This document shows, in pieces, positions 48,175-58,331 of a stretch of 64,000 nucleotides of DNA. The position numbers and the translations under genes are program-made. The notes beneath the pieces were generated by a model. It was not told the DNA's origin. It searched no databases and saw nothing but the letters and a program-made list of their open reading frames with translations. The stretch is from a virus. Lineage: Duplodnaviria > Caudoviricetes. Where the stretch lies: IMG/VR virus record IMGVR_UViG_3300013121_000041, positions 46,966-110,965 of that record. One strand, 5' to 3'. Position 1 is the first letter of the stretch; each line of letters starts with the position of its first letter.

Positions 48175-48565
48175 AATATGGGGCGTCACCAGTCCCGTCC
48201 TCATGACGCCGATGATTGAAATTCACGCTATCTCCGTTCTGCCGAAATCCCACTGTTCGCAGCACCGCCATCAGTTCAAATGGAACGGGTTCTACGTCCT
48301 GTCCGGGGAATTGGACGTACTCGTTCAAAAAAATGATTACGATCTGATCGACCGGACCCGCCTGTCGGCGGGGGAATTTACGACGGTCACTCCGGGGGAA
48401 CTTCATTGGTTCGAATCGGGAGACACTGCCGTCGAAGCTCTCGAAATCTACTACATCGAACCGATCGACGGACATGACATCGTGAGGGAGAGCGTCGGTG
48501 GTCGCGACGACCGTGTTCTGAACGTCGTGAACGTCGTTCATTCCAAACGAAACGGGGGGGAATGA
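48161..48565 (+). CDS. Cupin-domain protein
   Basis: GKIWG, CSQHRH, FYVLSG, PGELHWF, EIY. Confidence 0.75.
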   Translation: MRQGKIWGVTSPVLMTPMIEIHAISVLPKSHCSQHRHQFKWNGFYVLSGELDVLVQKNDYDLIDRTRLSAGEFTTVTPGELHWFESGDTAVEALEIYYIEPIDGHDIVRESVGGRDDRVLNVVNVVHSKRNGGE

Positions 48566-48724
48566 TGTGGTTCATTTTGACGTGGGTCGTCAGTATTTTT
48601 TATTTTTGGATGGCCGTCATGGCGTTTTGGGTGAGCGTCGTGGTGTTAAACTCGTCGCTCACCGTCGGTTTTATGAGGGCCGCGTTCTGGCCTCTGTGGT
48701 TCGTGACGAGGTGGTTGAACTTCA

Positions 48725-48976
48725 ATGAAACCAGAAGATATTAACGTTACGAAAGTGACGCGCGACGACTTTTCGATGCGCGTCAAGAGTCGGGTGGCCG
48801 AAGACGGGTCGGATTGGTTGGACGCAATCCTATCTGTCGCCGCCGAGTGCAAGATCGAAGTTGAAAGTGTGCCCCGGCTGCTCACGGTGGACATCAAGGA
48901 AATGCTGGAAGATGAGGTCAGTGGTTTGAACCTCATCAAGGGCGGTGAACGCCACGATAAATTGTCGTTCAAATGA
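48725..48976 (+). CDS. Late transcription coactivator gp33
   Basis: DAIL...IEVESV..LL...KE.LE.E...LNL; gp33-gp59-gp32 synteny. Confidence 0.75.
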   Translation: MKPEDINVTKVTRDDFSMRVKSRVAEDGSDWLDAILSVAAECKIEVESVPRLLTVDIKEMLEDEVSGLNLIKGGERHDKLSFK

Positions 48977-49623
48977 CGGACGCCGTGACGCCGGAAAGGG
49001 CGAGGGAGATTTTCATCGCCGTGTCCCTACATTTCCGAACGGATTATGACTTCTTCAAATACGGTGGTAAACTGCGACGGCCGCTGAAAGATGATCAGAG
49101 GGACGTCCATCGAATGAACGCCATGATACGGAAAACCGGCGGGAGCGAGGCGGCCGTGATCCAGTGCATCGTGGCCAACGTTTTGGAACGGAAGAAAATC
49201 AGTGGTAGGTTCCCGATGTACGTCGGCGACATTTGGAATCCGGACACGATCGTCGTTTGGAGACGGTGGCAGGAGCGGATTGGACGTATGGGTGAGGTGG
49301 CGGAGGTGGAATTGAAGAAGGTCGGTCTGTCGTTTTCAAAATGTTTCGGTATCACCGGCAACGCCGTCCACCCACCGATTTACGAAGAATATATAAGGGG
49401 CGTCGTTTCAATGGAGACGATGTGTTGCGTCGTTGGGGCGATCCCCGGCATCACAGATTATTGGGCGGCGGCAACGTCGGACCCTATCCTGTTTCCGGAG
49501 GACGTCAGGTTCTTTCGGAAATATTCGCCCTTTTTGCCGATCGACGGCAAAATCAAGGGGCGGATCGCCGCCGTCAAGGCGGCACTTGATGATGATAAGA
49601 TGACACGAAAGATAGGAGCATAA
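48973..49623 (+). CDS. Helicase loader gp59
   Basis: LHF..YDFFKY.GK, HPPI, SMET, KYSPFL. Confidence 0.8.
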   Translation: MTDAVTPERAREIFIAVSLHFRTDYDFFKYGGKLRRPLKDDQRDVHRMNAMIRKTGGSEAAVIQCIVANVLERKKISGRFPMYVGDIWNPDTIVVWRRWQERIGRMGEVAEVELKKVGLSFSKCFGITGNAVHPPIYEEYIRGVVSMETMCCVVGAIPGITDYWAAATSDPILFPEDVRFFRKYSPFLPIDGKIKGRIAAVKAALDDDKMTRKIGA

Positions 49624-49626
49624 TAT

Positions 49627-50556
49627 ATGTCAATGTCACTCGCAGAACTAAAGAAAACTCGTCAACAGAGTCTGGAAATCGCGAAAGAGGGTACGCGCTC
49701 CGAACGGAGTGAGAATCGAGATGAACGTTTCTGGCGTCCGATTCTGGACGACGCCGGGAACGGCAATGCCATCATCCGTTTCCTCCCGTCTCCCGACGAA
49801 GGGGCGCTCCCGTGGGCGAAATTCTGGGATCATTTCTTCAAGGGGCCGACGGGTCGGTATTACGCCGAGAAGTCCAGAACTTCCTTGGGGAAGGGGAACC
49901 CCGATCCGGTGTCCGAATACAATTCGAGGCTCTGGAACGCCGGGCAACAGGATGAGGCGCGCAAGCAACGTCGTCGTCTCGCCTACATCTGCAATATTCT
50001 CGTCATCAATGATCCGGCAAAACCGGAGAACAACGGGAAGGTCTTCCTCTACCGATTCGGGGCGAAGATTTTCGACATGCGGATCAAGCCGCTTTTGAAA
50101 CCCGACGAATCCGATCAGGCGCTCGGGGTCGAGGCGTCGAACCCGTTCGATCTGTGGGAAGGTCGTAATTTCAAGCTCAAGGTCAAGCAGGTTGGTGGGT
50201 TTGCGAATTACGACGAATCGCAGTTCGGCAATCAGGTTCCGGCTGCAAAGACCGACGATGAATTGGACGCCATTTGGAAACAGGTGTATTCACTCAAGGA
50301 ATTCACCGATCCCGATACGTTCAAGTCTTACGCGGAACTCAAGGTGTTGTTCGACGAAGTGATGGGTTTTGATACGGCCAGCGGAACGGCGTCGCGAGAA
50401 ATCGATCCGACGACGATCCCCGTCGGCCGTCCGCCGAAAGTCGAGAGCATCGTTGAAACGGGTCCCGTGACTCCTGCGGCAACGGTGGCGAAAGCCGCGT
50501 CGAAAAAGAACATTGACCTCGATGCACTGCTGAAGGGTCTCGACGGCGACGAGTGA
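49627..50556 (+). CDS. Single-stranded DNA-binding protein gp32
   Basis: DERFW, GNG.AIIRFLP, NILVINDP..PENNGKVF, PFDLWEG.NF, NYD.S.F. Confidence 0.94.
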   Translation: MSMSLAELKKTRQQSLEIAKEGTRSERSENRDERFWRPILDDAGNGNAIIRFLPSPDEGALPWAKFWDHFFKGPTGRYYAEKSRTSLGKGNPDPVSEYNSRLWNAGQQDEARKQRRRLAYICNILVINDPAKPENNGKVFLYRFGAKIFDMRIKPLLKPDESDQALGVEASNPFDLWEGRNFKLKVKQVGGFANYDESQFGNQVPAAKTDDELDAIWKQVYSLKEFTDPDTFKSYAELKVLFDEVMGFDTASGTASREIDPTTIPVGRPPKVESIVETGPVTPAATVAKAASKKNIDLDALLKGLDGDE

Positions 50557-51033
50557 TCAGTCGTCCTGAGGCGGGGGAGTTTCCCCCGCCTTTCTTTTGT
50601 TCACGAGATCACGTAATTGTTTCGGCGTTCCCGTGAACACCGCTTTATCGATGTTCATCGTGGTGTTTCCGCCCCCAGCGCTGGCGGTCGGTGCCGATAT
50701 TTCCTTGAGTTCTTTGTGGACTTTGACGAGATCGAGGGACGTTTGACTGATCGTCTTGAGGAGGCCGTTGAGGGCTTGGAACGACTGGGCGTCTTCCTTG
50801 TCCTTGGCGATTTCGAATGCGATGACCATCGCCTGTTGGGCGTTTTCGAGGACGGACGTGATGTTGTCCCGCGCCCTTTCGAAATCGGATTGTAATTTTT
50901 TTGGATCGACGGAAAGAGTTTCCGTCGCCGTCACTGACTTCCCTTCTACGGTCGCAGGTAGCCGCGCTGTTCGCGGAGTTTCGTCGATCTCTAGGATTTC
51001 GGAAAACGGTTTGTCGGTGTGATAGTCGGTCAT
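50557..51033 (-). CDS. Terminase small subunit gp16
   Basis: DF..AR.N, L...HK, NIDKAVFTGTP.QL; late promoter aataaata at 51038..51045 (-). Confidence 0.78.
   Translation of the reverse strand: MTDYHTDKPFSEILEIDETPRTARLPATVEGKSVTATETLSVDPKKLQSDFERARDNITSVLENAQQAMVIAFEIAKDKEDAQSFQALNGLLKTISQTSLDLVKVHKELKEISAPTASAGGGNTTMNIDKAVFTGTPKQLRDLVNKRKAGETPPPQDD
50569..50598 (+). terminator. Rho-independent terminator after gp32, inside the 3' end of antisense gp16
   Basis: aggcggggga-gtt-tcccccgcct-ttctttt. Confidence 0.75.
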
Positions 51034-51087
51034 CGTGTATTTATTGTTTGTGTGCCAGACGCGCGTGTGTCCAGACACTGGTCGAAT

Positions 51088-51601
51088 CTATGACCGGACT
51101 TTTGTTTCACCCTGCGACCGGACCTGTGACCGGACCTGTGACCGGACCCGCCACCCGACCTGTGTCCAGACATGCCACCCGACCTCGTCGATGTGTTCCA
51201 AGACCTGCCACAAGACTCGTGACCGGACATGCCACCCGATCCCTGTCGAAGCCTGTGACCGGACCTGATCCCGGACCCGTGTCTTCACACTAATCACGTG
51301 ACGTTCCTTCGTCGATGCATGGCCAGACATGGAACAAGAGTGGCCCGACCTGCCGTCCGACTCGCTGCTCGACCTGTTCCCAGACCTGCCGCCCGACCTG
51401 TGACCGGACCTGCCGCCCGGCCTGCGGCCAGACATAGACCTGTGTCTTCACACTAATCACGTTGTATCCCCTCGTCGATGTGTTCCCAGACCTGCCACCC
51501 GACCTCGTCGATGTGTTCCCAGACCTGCCACAAGACTCGTGACCGGACCCGCCACCCGACCTGCGGCCAGACATAGACCTGTGTCTTCACACTAATCACG
51601 T
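51088..51601 (-). repeat. Three coupled micro-ORFs (51599-51453, 51460-51290, 51297-51088) built of QVxx repeats, each starting in a 21-bp direct repeat
   Basis: gtgtcttcacactaatcacgt at 51279, 51442, 51581; 12-bp internal units. Confidence 0.8.
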
Positions 51602-51620
51602 TGCAATTCCTTCGATCTAT

Positions 51621-52478
51621 TCACGCGGCTTCCCGTTGCACGTCATTGGTGATCTTACCGCGCAGGTAATCGACGGCCTTCTGTGCCGCCGACGCTGCGG
51701 TGAAAATGGCCCGCACGTCGTTTTGCAGCACTTTGATCCACGATTGCAGATACGCAGCGTGATTCGACGTGTTGTCGAAGCCGAATTCGGCACAGAGGAA
51801 CGCGGCGGCCAGTTCAGCCACCAGTTCTTCGACGGCGTATGCCTCCTCTTGGAAACGGTGGGTGAGATTGCGATCGAGACGATCTTTGTGTCCGGTCCAA
51901 TGGGCCAGTTCATGGAAAGCCGCTGCATAAAACGACGTCCGTTCGTGAAATTGGTCGAAGGGGGGGACGACGATTTCATCCCGTCCCGGACGGTACATCG
52001 GGGTCTCCGTCGCCCCCTCGATGAAATTCGCTCCGGTGCTGCGAATGAATTGATCGGCCAATTCACAGCGGGTCTGGTGGTTGACGGGAATATTGGGGCC
52101 GACGACGACTTCTTCCGGGAGGCCCTCACACTGCTCCACGTTGAACACCGTGTAGTGCGTCAAGTAAGGAACCTTCTTCTCCTCGCCGCCAGAATCCTCG
52201 ATCGTGATCGGTTTGAAGAAGTAGATTCGCGACCCCTTCTCTCCGGCGCGCACCTTACCACCAGCGGCGGCGGCCTGCTTGTACGTCAGGAAACGCATCG
52301 TCTTCCAGCGGCCGACGTTCGTCAAAAACAGGAGCGTGTTGATCCCCCGATACGGCTTCTCCGTCGTTGCGTTCACGGGGACGGCACCCCCAGCGGAGAA
52401 ATTGCCGGACCACGGTAACGTGCCGGATTTCAGGAGATCGACGATCCGGTCGGTGACTTCTGCGTAAAGTTTGGACAT
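51621..52478 (-). CDS. ardC: ArdC-like antirestriction / ssDNA-binding protein
   Basis: PW, YRGIN, FLTYKQA..GG.V..GEKG, VFNVEQ, HELAHWTGH..RLDR, YA.EELVAE. Confidence 0.88.
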   Translation of the reverse strand: MSKLYAEVTDRIVDLLKSGTLPWSGNFSAGGAVPVNATTEKPYRGINTLLFLTNVGRWKTMRFLTYKQAAAAGGKVRAGEKGSRIYFFKPITIEDSGGEEKKVPYLTHYTVFNVEQCEGLPEEVVVGPNIPVNHQTRCELADQFIRSTGANFIEGATETPMYRPGRDEIVVPPFDQFHERTSFYAAAFHELAHWTGHKDRLDRNLTHRFQEEAYAVEELVAELAAAFLCAEFGFDNTSNHAAYLQSWIKVLQNDVRAIFTAASAAQKAVDYLRGKITNDVQREAA

Positions 52479-52503
52479 GATTTTCCCCTCTGTGTGCGGA
52501 CTT

Positions 52504-52532
52504 ACAGTATGGGGAAATTTCAATAAAGTCAA
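52504..52532 (-). promoter_or_regulatory. sigma70-type early promoter for ardC and the repeat ORFs
   Basis: TTGACT-N17-TACTGT on minus strand. Confidence 0.6.
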
Positions 52533-52535
52533 GGA

Positions 52536-53282
52536 TTAAATTTCGACGATTTTTACGTCGAAATCGGGTATTTCGCCCGGATACCCCCGTTGATTCGACA
52601 CGAATCGGCACCCTTCGAAGGTGTAATCGCACGAATTATGAGTGTGTCCGGAAATCCATAATTTAATTTGGGGATTGTCGAAGATGAACTCACTGAGATC
52701 GTTACAGAAATATGGAGTGAGTTCGTTTTCCGGGTATTTCGGGTTGTTCGACAGACGGAGGGGCGGGAAATGTGACGCCACGACGTCCGGTTTGAACGCC
52801 GCGATGGACGCCAGCGAATTGCGGTGCATCGTCGTCACGTCTTCGGGCGTCAGTTTCCACGATCCATCATCGTCCGTCGTGCGAATGAGACGAAAATCGT
52901 TGATGTTTGTTTGTGCAAAAAAAGCGTCGACCGGATTGGAGAGGTCGGACCAGAGGGTTCCGGCCCATATCTTAACGCCACCGATTTCAATCGTCTCCCA
53001 AAGGGGACCGGCGTCACTGGACCAGTCGGGGATGTTGGGATCGGCGTTCTGCGCTCGTTTGATGATGATGTCGCCATAAAAATCGTGGTTGCCCAGAACG
53101 TCGATGTACGGGCGTTCAATTTTTGCGGCAAGTGCTTTACGTAATTTGGGTCCGCCGGTATCGCCAGCGTTGATGACAATATCGGCGTCACGACACCGGT
53201 CGGCGATGTTCGCGATCATCCGATCGACCATCCGTGGTTTTAACCATTCGAGATGGACGTCGGAAAAAATGGCTATCTTCAT
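52536..53282 (-). CDS. Metallophosphoesterase
   Basis: SDVH, AGD, GNHD, GHTH, NQRGY. Confidence 0.85.
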   Translation of the reverse strand: MKIAIFSDVHLEWLKPRMVDRMIANIADRCRDADIVINAGDTGGPKLRKALAAKIERPYIDVLGNHDFYGDIIIKRAQNADPNIPDWSSDAGPLWETIEIGGVKIWAGTLWSDLSNPVDAFFAQTNINDFRLIRTTDDDGSWKLTPEDVTTMHRNSLASIAAFKPDVVASHFPPLRLSNNPKYPENELTPYFCNDLSEFIFDNPQIKLWISGHTHNSCDYTFEGCRFVSNQRGYPGEIPDFDVKIVEI

Positions 53283-53326
53283 ATCATACCTCGACGAGAA
53301 TATAATTGGAACCACCCGGCCGGTCA

Positions 53327-53334
53327 ACTAAATA
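53327..53334 (+). promoter_or_regulatory. Late promoter (actaaata)
   Basis: Variant directly before gp15 RBS. Confidence 0.5.
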
Positions 53335-53338
53335 GAGG

Positions 53339-54220
53339 ATGCTCGGTCACACGTTTTATCATTCCCTGTTGCGACAATATTCGATCATGACGGGGAACCT
53401 GTTTAATGACATCGTCGTCCGTCGGACGGACCCCGGTGGAAATGCGGTAACGGTCATTCAGGTCCCCATTCAGTATGGTCCGAAACGCAAGTGGGCCGTG
53501 GCTCTGGCGACAGACCCGACGGCGCGGACGGTCGCCGTCCAGTATCCCCGTCTGTCCTTTTTCTTCAATTCCGTGACGCCAGATTTGACCCGGCAATTGA
53601 GTCCATTGAATAGACTCGCCAACATCACCGAAGACAAGAATACGATGTATTCGATGTTCCAGCCGTTGCCCGTGACCATCGACATGGAACTATGTGCCGT
53701 TGCGAAGAACATGGACGACGCCGCACAGATCGCCGAACAGATTTTTCCATACTTCTCCCCCGACTTTACGCAGAGCGCCAAATTGGTTCCGACGATCAAT
53801 AAAGTGTGGGACGTGGTGTTCCGCCTGCGCGAAAATCAGATCGAGGAAATTTATGACGGTGCTTTCGACAAGAGACAGTCCATTTTATGGACGTTCCATT
53901 TCAACGTCGACGCTTGGATGTTCGGACCCGTGCAGAAACAGGGGGTCATCAAGAGGGTGCAGGCGGACATCATGGCCGTTCCCGGCGACGGACCGGTGAC
54001 GGCGGCGGAAATTCACAAATATGGTCGTGTGTCTCGCATCGAAGTGACCCCCGGTCTAACGGCCGACGGCAAGCCGACGACGGTCAGGAGTGAATCCGTA
54101 CCGTGGGCGTCCATCAATCAGGAGGACGATTACGGGTTCTGTGAAACCATCACCGAATACACCGATGGGTTGAAGTATGATCCTGTGAGTGGTGACGATC
54201 GGGTCGTGAAAGACGTTTAA
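53339..54220 (+). CDS. Tail sheath stabilizer / completion protein gp15
   Basis: FYH, G.LFNDI, VPI.YGPK.K, PR.SF, QI.EQI.PYF.P. Confidence 0.88.
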   Translation: MLGHTFYHSLLRQYSIMTGNLFNDIVVRRTDPGGNAVTVIQVPIQYGPKRKWAVALATDPTARTVAVQYPRLSFFFNSVTPDLTRQLSPLNRLANITEDKNTMYSMFQPLPVTIDMELCAVAKNMDDAAQIAEQIFPYFSPDFTQSAKLVPTINKVWDVVFRLRENQIEEIYDGAFDKRQSILWTFHFNVDAWMFGPVQKQGVIKRVQADIMAVPGDGPVTAAEIHKYGRVSRIEVTPGLTADGKPTTVRSESVPWASINQEDDYGFCETITEYTDGLKYDPVSGDDRVVKDV

Positions 54221-54241
54221 TCGGTCGTCGTGCCACGATAA

Positions 54242-55387
54242 ATGGTGTATCATCATGGTCCGTCAGTACGGACATTGGAGGTCGTCGTGACATCCCCATA
54301 CTCTTCCAACAAGATTGTCCACCATTGCGAACGGGTGGACGTTTTGCGTTCTGGTGAGCAACCAAAGCCAATCCACGTTCAGGTGGTCATCTCCGACCGG
54401 TGCAATCATTCCTGTCATTTTTGCGCCTATCGTTCGGCCGGATACACGTCGAATCAGTTGTTTGGGGTCATCGATCCAGAGACGGGGACCGTCGATAACA
54501 ATCCGAACAGGATGATCCCGTTTGAAAAGGTCGTCGAAATTCTCGATGATTGTAAGGCGATGGGAGTCGGGGCCGTTCAATTTACCGGAGGTGGGGAGCC
54601 GACGGTCCATCCGAAACACCCGGCGATTTTTCAACACGCTCTTGATCTTGGTCTCGACGTCGCCCTCGTGACCAATGGCGTTGGTCTCGTCGAAAAACAC
54701 GACGATCTGATTTTGAAAATGTCGTGGGTGCGCGTGTCGTTAGATGCGGCGACGGCGGACACGTACACTGCGATCCGTCGCGTTCACCCGTCGCACTTCC
54801 ACAGAGTTACGGAGAACGTCGCCAGACTCGCCGCGACAAAAAAGAGGACCGGGTCTCGGACGACCATTGGCGTTGGTTTCGTCGTCACGCCGGATAATTT
54901 CTCGGAAGTTTACGATGCCGTGAGACTCGCCCACGATCTTGGTGTCGATAATATCAGAATTTCGGCGGAATTTTCCATCGGTGGTCGTGGCCGCCATCTC
55001 ACGTATTATGATGAAGTGCGGGGAGCGATAGTAAAGGCCATTAGAGATTTCGATGACCCCGAATTTAAGGTTTTCGATCTGTTCGAAGATCGGATGGGGG
55101 ACCTTTCCGAAGGTCGCCCTCAATATGAGCGATGTGGGTACATGCACTTCACGACGTACATCGGCGGCGACCAGAACGTCTATACGTGTTGCGTTAATTC
55201 TTACAATGAGCGTGGTCTCGTCGGGTCATTGGATGGAATTAGTTTCAAGGATTTGTGGCGATCTCCCCACAAAGAGGAGATGTATCGCAATTTCAGGGCC
55301 AGCGATTGCGAACGTTGTCAGTTTAACGCCAAGAACAGGTTCATCGCCGAATTGATCGAAGAACCGACGCACGTGAATTTCGTATGA
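54242..55387 (+). CDS. Radical SAM protein with SPASM/twitch domain
   Basis: CNHSCHFC, GGGEP, VTNG, RVSLDA, C-terminal CC...CERC. Confidence 0.9.
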   Translation: MVYHHGPSVRTLEVVVTSPYSSNKIVHHCERVDVLRSGEQPKPIHVQVVISDRCNHSCHFCAYRSAGYTSNQLFGVIDPETGTVDNNPNRMIPFEKVVEILDDCKAMGVGAVQFTGGGEPTVHPKHPAIFQHALDLGLDVALVTNGVGLVEKHDDLILKMSWVRVSLDAATADTYTAIRRVHPSHFHRVTENVARLAATKKRTGSRTTIGVGFVVTPDNFSEVYDAVRLAHDLGVDNIRISAEFSIGGRGRHLTYYDEVRGAIVKAIRDFDDPEFKVFDLFEDRMGDLSEGRPQYERCGYMHFTTYIGGDQNVYTCCVNSYNERGLVGSLDGISFKDLWRSPHKEEMYRNFRASDCERCQFNAKNRFIAELIEEPTHVNFV

Positions 55388-57198
55388 TGAACGTCAGCAT
55401 CGTCATCGCCCACTGGAACAGGTTTCCCCTCCTGTATGAAACTCTTCGATCGATCTACGATAGGCCGTCGGCGTCGTGGGACGGCATTCAGGTCGTCGTC
55501 GTCGATGACGGGTCGACGGTCCTCACCGGGAAAGATGAAATTTTCGAGTGGCCGATACAATACGTTCAATTGCCAGAGCGGAAGTGGTATCGAAATCCCT
55601 GCATCCCGTTCAACGTCGGCGCGACATACGCGGAGTACGATGCGATCATTTTACAAAATCCCGAATGTTGGCATCATGACGACGTCATCTCTCGTGTTCG
55701 CAGTGAATTGAAGGACGACAATTACATCACGTTCTCCTGCTATTCTTTACCGGAAGGCGTCGATCCGAATACGTTTGACGTATCGACGGCAGAGCCGAGG
55801 GCCAATCGTTTCGACGGCGACGCCGGATGGTACAACCACCCGGAACACAGACCGACGAAGTATCACTTTTGTTCGGCGATAACGCGGGCGAATTTTGAGG
55901 CCATCGGAGGATTTTCGCGGGCATATGCGAAGGGTCGGGGGTACGACGACGACGATTTTCTACGCAAGGCGATTGATCTTGGACTGGACGTTCGCATCGA
56001 TCCAGCGACGGTCTTGCATCAGTGGCATTATACACAATCCGAACCGGACGCGGTGGTGAGACCCCTCATCGACCGCAATCACCGGATTTTCGCGGCTGGA
56101 AATCCTAAGGGCGACGGGTTGAAGATCGCCGTTTACGCTATCGCCAAGAATGAGGTCGGGCACGTCGAACGGTGGCTGGCGTCGGCGGCGGACGCCGATC
56201 ACATCCTGCTGGCGGACACCGGTTCGACCGATGGGACCTCCGGTCTCGCCAGACGGCTGTCTTCCGACGTGGTCAATTTCGACTACCGGGAGATCGTCGT
56301 ATCGCCGTGGCGTTTCGACGTGGCCCGCAACGCCGCTCTCGCCATGCTCCCCCGTGACGTTGACGTGGCCGTCGCCCTCGATCTGGACGAGATGCTCCAG
56401 CCGGGCTGGCGGGAGGCGATCGTCGCCGCGTGGAAGCCGGGGACGACGCGCCTGCGCTATCCGTACACGTGGAGTTGGAACGCCGACGGTTCGCCGAAAC
56501 TCGTTTATTACGGGGATAAAGTTCACGCTCGTCACGGGTATCGTTGGCGACATCCGGTCCATGAAGTGTGTTACCCATATTTACGGGCGGAGGTCGAGGT
56601 GTGGACCGACGATTTGAAGGTCCATCAGCACGCCGATGATACGAAGTCTCGGGCACAATACCTACCGATGCTCGAATTGGCCGTCGTCGAAGACCCGACG
56701 AACGATCGGAACGCTCACTATCTAGGGAGGGAGTATTTTTACGGCGGTCGATGGAACGAGGCCGTCGCCGAACTTGAGAGACACCTGAATCTCCCGACGG
56801 CGGTCTGGAAACCGGAGAGGGCGGCGTCGATGCGCATGATCGCCAAGGCCAAGGCCATGATGGGGGACAGGACGGCGGCCGAGTGCTGGCACTGGCGGGC
56901 GATCGCCGAATGCCCGGATTTCAGGGAACCGCTCGTCGACGCCGCGAAATTTTATCAGGATGGGGGCGATTGGCCGACGGCGAAGTCCCTCCTCCTGAGG
57001 GCGATCTTCATCCCCGAACCGCCGAAGTCGCACATCATCGAAACGGAATATTACCGGGGGCTTCCGCACGATCTCCTGTCGATTTCGGAATATTACCTCG
57101 GCGATCGGGCGGAGGCCCTGAAAAACGTGGATATTGCCCTCTCCTTCACGCCGGACGATGAACGGCTGGTCAGGAACCGCAGTTTCATGATCGACTGA
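55384..57198 (+). CDS. Tandem GT2 glycosyltransferase domains + TPR
   Basis: VVDDGS, GYDDDDF; YAIAKNE, DTGSTDGT, WRFD.ARN, LDLDE, VHE; TPR-like C-terminus. Confidence 0.85.
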   Translation: MMNVSIVIAHWNRFPLLYETLRSIYDRPSASWDGIQVVVVDDGSTVLTGKDEIFEWPIQYVQLPERKWYRNPCIPFNVGATYAEYDAIILQNPECWHHDDVISRVRSELKDDNYITFSCYSLPEGVDPNTFDVSTAEPRANRFDGDAGWYNHPEHRPTKYHFCSAITRANFEAIGGFSRAYAKGRGYDDDDFLRKAIDLGLDVRIDPATVLHQWHYTQSEPDAVVRPLIDRNHRIFAAGNPKGDGLKIAVYAIAKNEVGHVERWLASAADADHILLADTGSTDGTSGLARRLSSDVVNFDYREIVVSPWRFDVARNAALAMLPRDVDVAVALDLDEMLQPGWREAIVAAWKPGTTRLRYPYTWSWNADGSPKLVYYGDKVHARHGYRWRHPVHEVCYPYLRAEVEVWTDDLKVHQHADDTKSRAQYLPMLELAVVEDPTNDRNAHYLGREYFYGGRWNEAVAELERHLNLPTAVWKPERAASMRMIAKAKAMMGDRTAAECWHWRAIAECPDFREPLVDAAKFYQDGGDWPTAKSLLLRAIFIPEPPKSHIIETEYYRGLPHDLLSISEYYLGDRAEALKNVDIALSFTPDDERLVRNRSFMID

Positions 57199-57206
57199 CG
57201 ATTTTC

Positions 57207-57214
57207 TATAAATA
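57207..57214 (+). promoter_or_regulatory. Late promoter TATAAATA
   Basis: Exact consensus before the head module. Confidence 0.75.
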
Positions 57215-57245
57215 TCGGGAGGACAATAGAGGATTCCCCCCGAAA

Positions 57246-58331
57246 ATGAACAAGATCGTCCAGAGAATCATCGCCGAGACTTCCGCCAAGGAGTGGAAGC
57301 GGCGCGGCGAGACCCCCGGCCACCGGAAGATGGTCGACGACGCCGACGAAAATACCGAAATCAAAGATTATCCGATCCCCTCTGGTGTCACCGAAGACCA
57401 TCAGGTGGATTTCACCGCCGACAAAGCCCGGTCGCTCAAAGCCGCCTACGATGCGGCAGTGGCGAAGGGCGACGATACGTTCGTCTGGTCAGACGGAGAG
57501 AGGGAAATTACTTTCCTCGCTGCATACGCAGAGTGGGTCCTCGGCGTCCTTCGTGACAAGGGTATTCTAACCGAAGACGCCATCTCCGACCTAGAACAGG
57601 ACAAGGCCGAACTCGAAGGCCGACTTCGTGACATCAAGAAGAGCCTCAAGGACGTTAAGCCATCGAAGGGTCGCGGCGGCCTCAAAGAGTCGGATGACGA
57701 CGATGCCGACGACGATGAGGAGAAGACGTACAAGATCGTCCGCACATATTTTGATGGCCATAAACCGAAGGTCATGGAAACTGGCCTGAGTCTCGCCGAC
57801 GCTCGGGAATGGTGTCGTGACCCGGAAACGTCGTCGAGAACGGCGACCAGTAAAGAGGCCGTCGCCCACACGGCGAAGTACGGTCCGTGGTTCGACGGGT
57901 ACGATCTCGAAGAATCCGTCGTCCTCCCCACACATTATACGACCATCCGCGAATCCGTCGCTATCGTCACCGAACGTCCGGCGAAGTTCGTCGAGACGAC
58001 GAAGAAGACGCTCGACGAAAAGCTGGTGAGTTTGATCAGGCGGCGGACGCCCGACGTTGGCCGTCGATTTTTCACGAAGGACGTCGTCGTCGAATCCGAC
58101 CGATGGTCTGGGCCACTTCCAGACATTGACTGGATCATGGCGTTCGAAGACGGTTCGCTCGATCGGGATGACGCCATCGAAGGACTCCAACATCTCATCG
58201 ATACCCGTGGCTGGCGACACTTGCAGGGCTTCTACGGCCGCACTTGTCGCAACGCGATCATGAACGGGGATTGCACGGACACGCACGGAGATTTCACGGG
58301 CAAAGCCGGGTTCTCCGGGGAGGGCGAGTGA
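57246..58331 (+). CDS. Putative internal head / prohead core protein (modular)
   Basis: Late promoter, upstream of gp21, repeated [ILV]xE sites. Confidence 0.55.
   Translation: MNKIVQRIIAETSAKEWKRRGETPGHRKMVDDADENTEIKDYPIPSGVTEDHQVDFTADKARSLKAAYDAAVAKGDDTFVWSDGEREITFLAAYAEWVLGVLRDKGILTEDAISDLEQDKAELEGRLRDIKKSLKDVKPSKGRGGLKESDDDDADDDEEKTYKIVRTYFDGHKPKVMETGLSLADAREWCRDPETSSRTATSKEAVAHTAKYGPWFDGYDLEESVVLPTHYTTIRESVAIVTERPAKFVETTKKTLDEKLVSLIRRRTPDVGRRFFTKDVVVESDRWSGPLPDIDWIMAFEDGSLDRDDAIEGLQHLIDTRGWRHLQGFYGRTCRNAIMNGDCTDTHGDFTGKAGFSGEGE

Noticed and set aside
51279-51601. CRISPR array (three 21-bp direct repeats)
   Set aside because: Intervals are 118-142 bp, resemble each other and are open reading frames; no cas genes in the window
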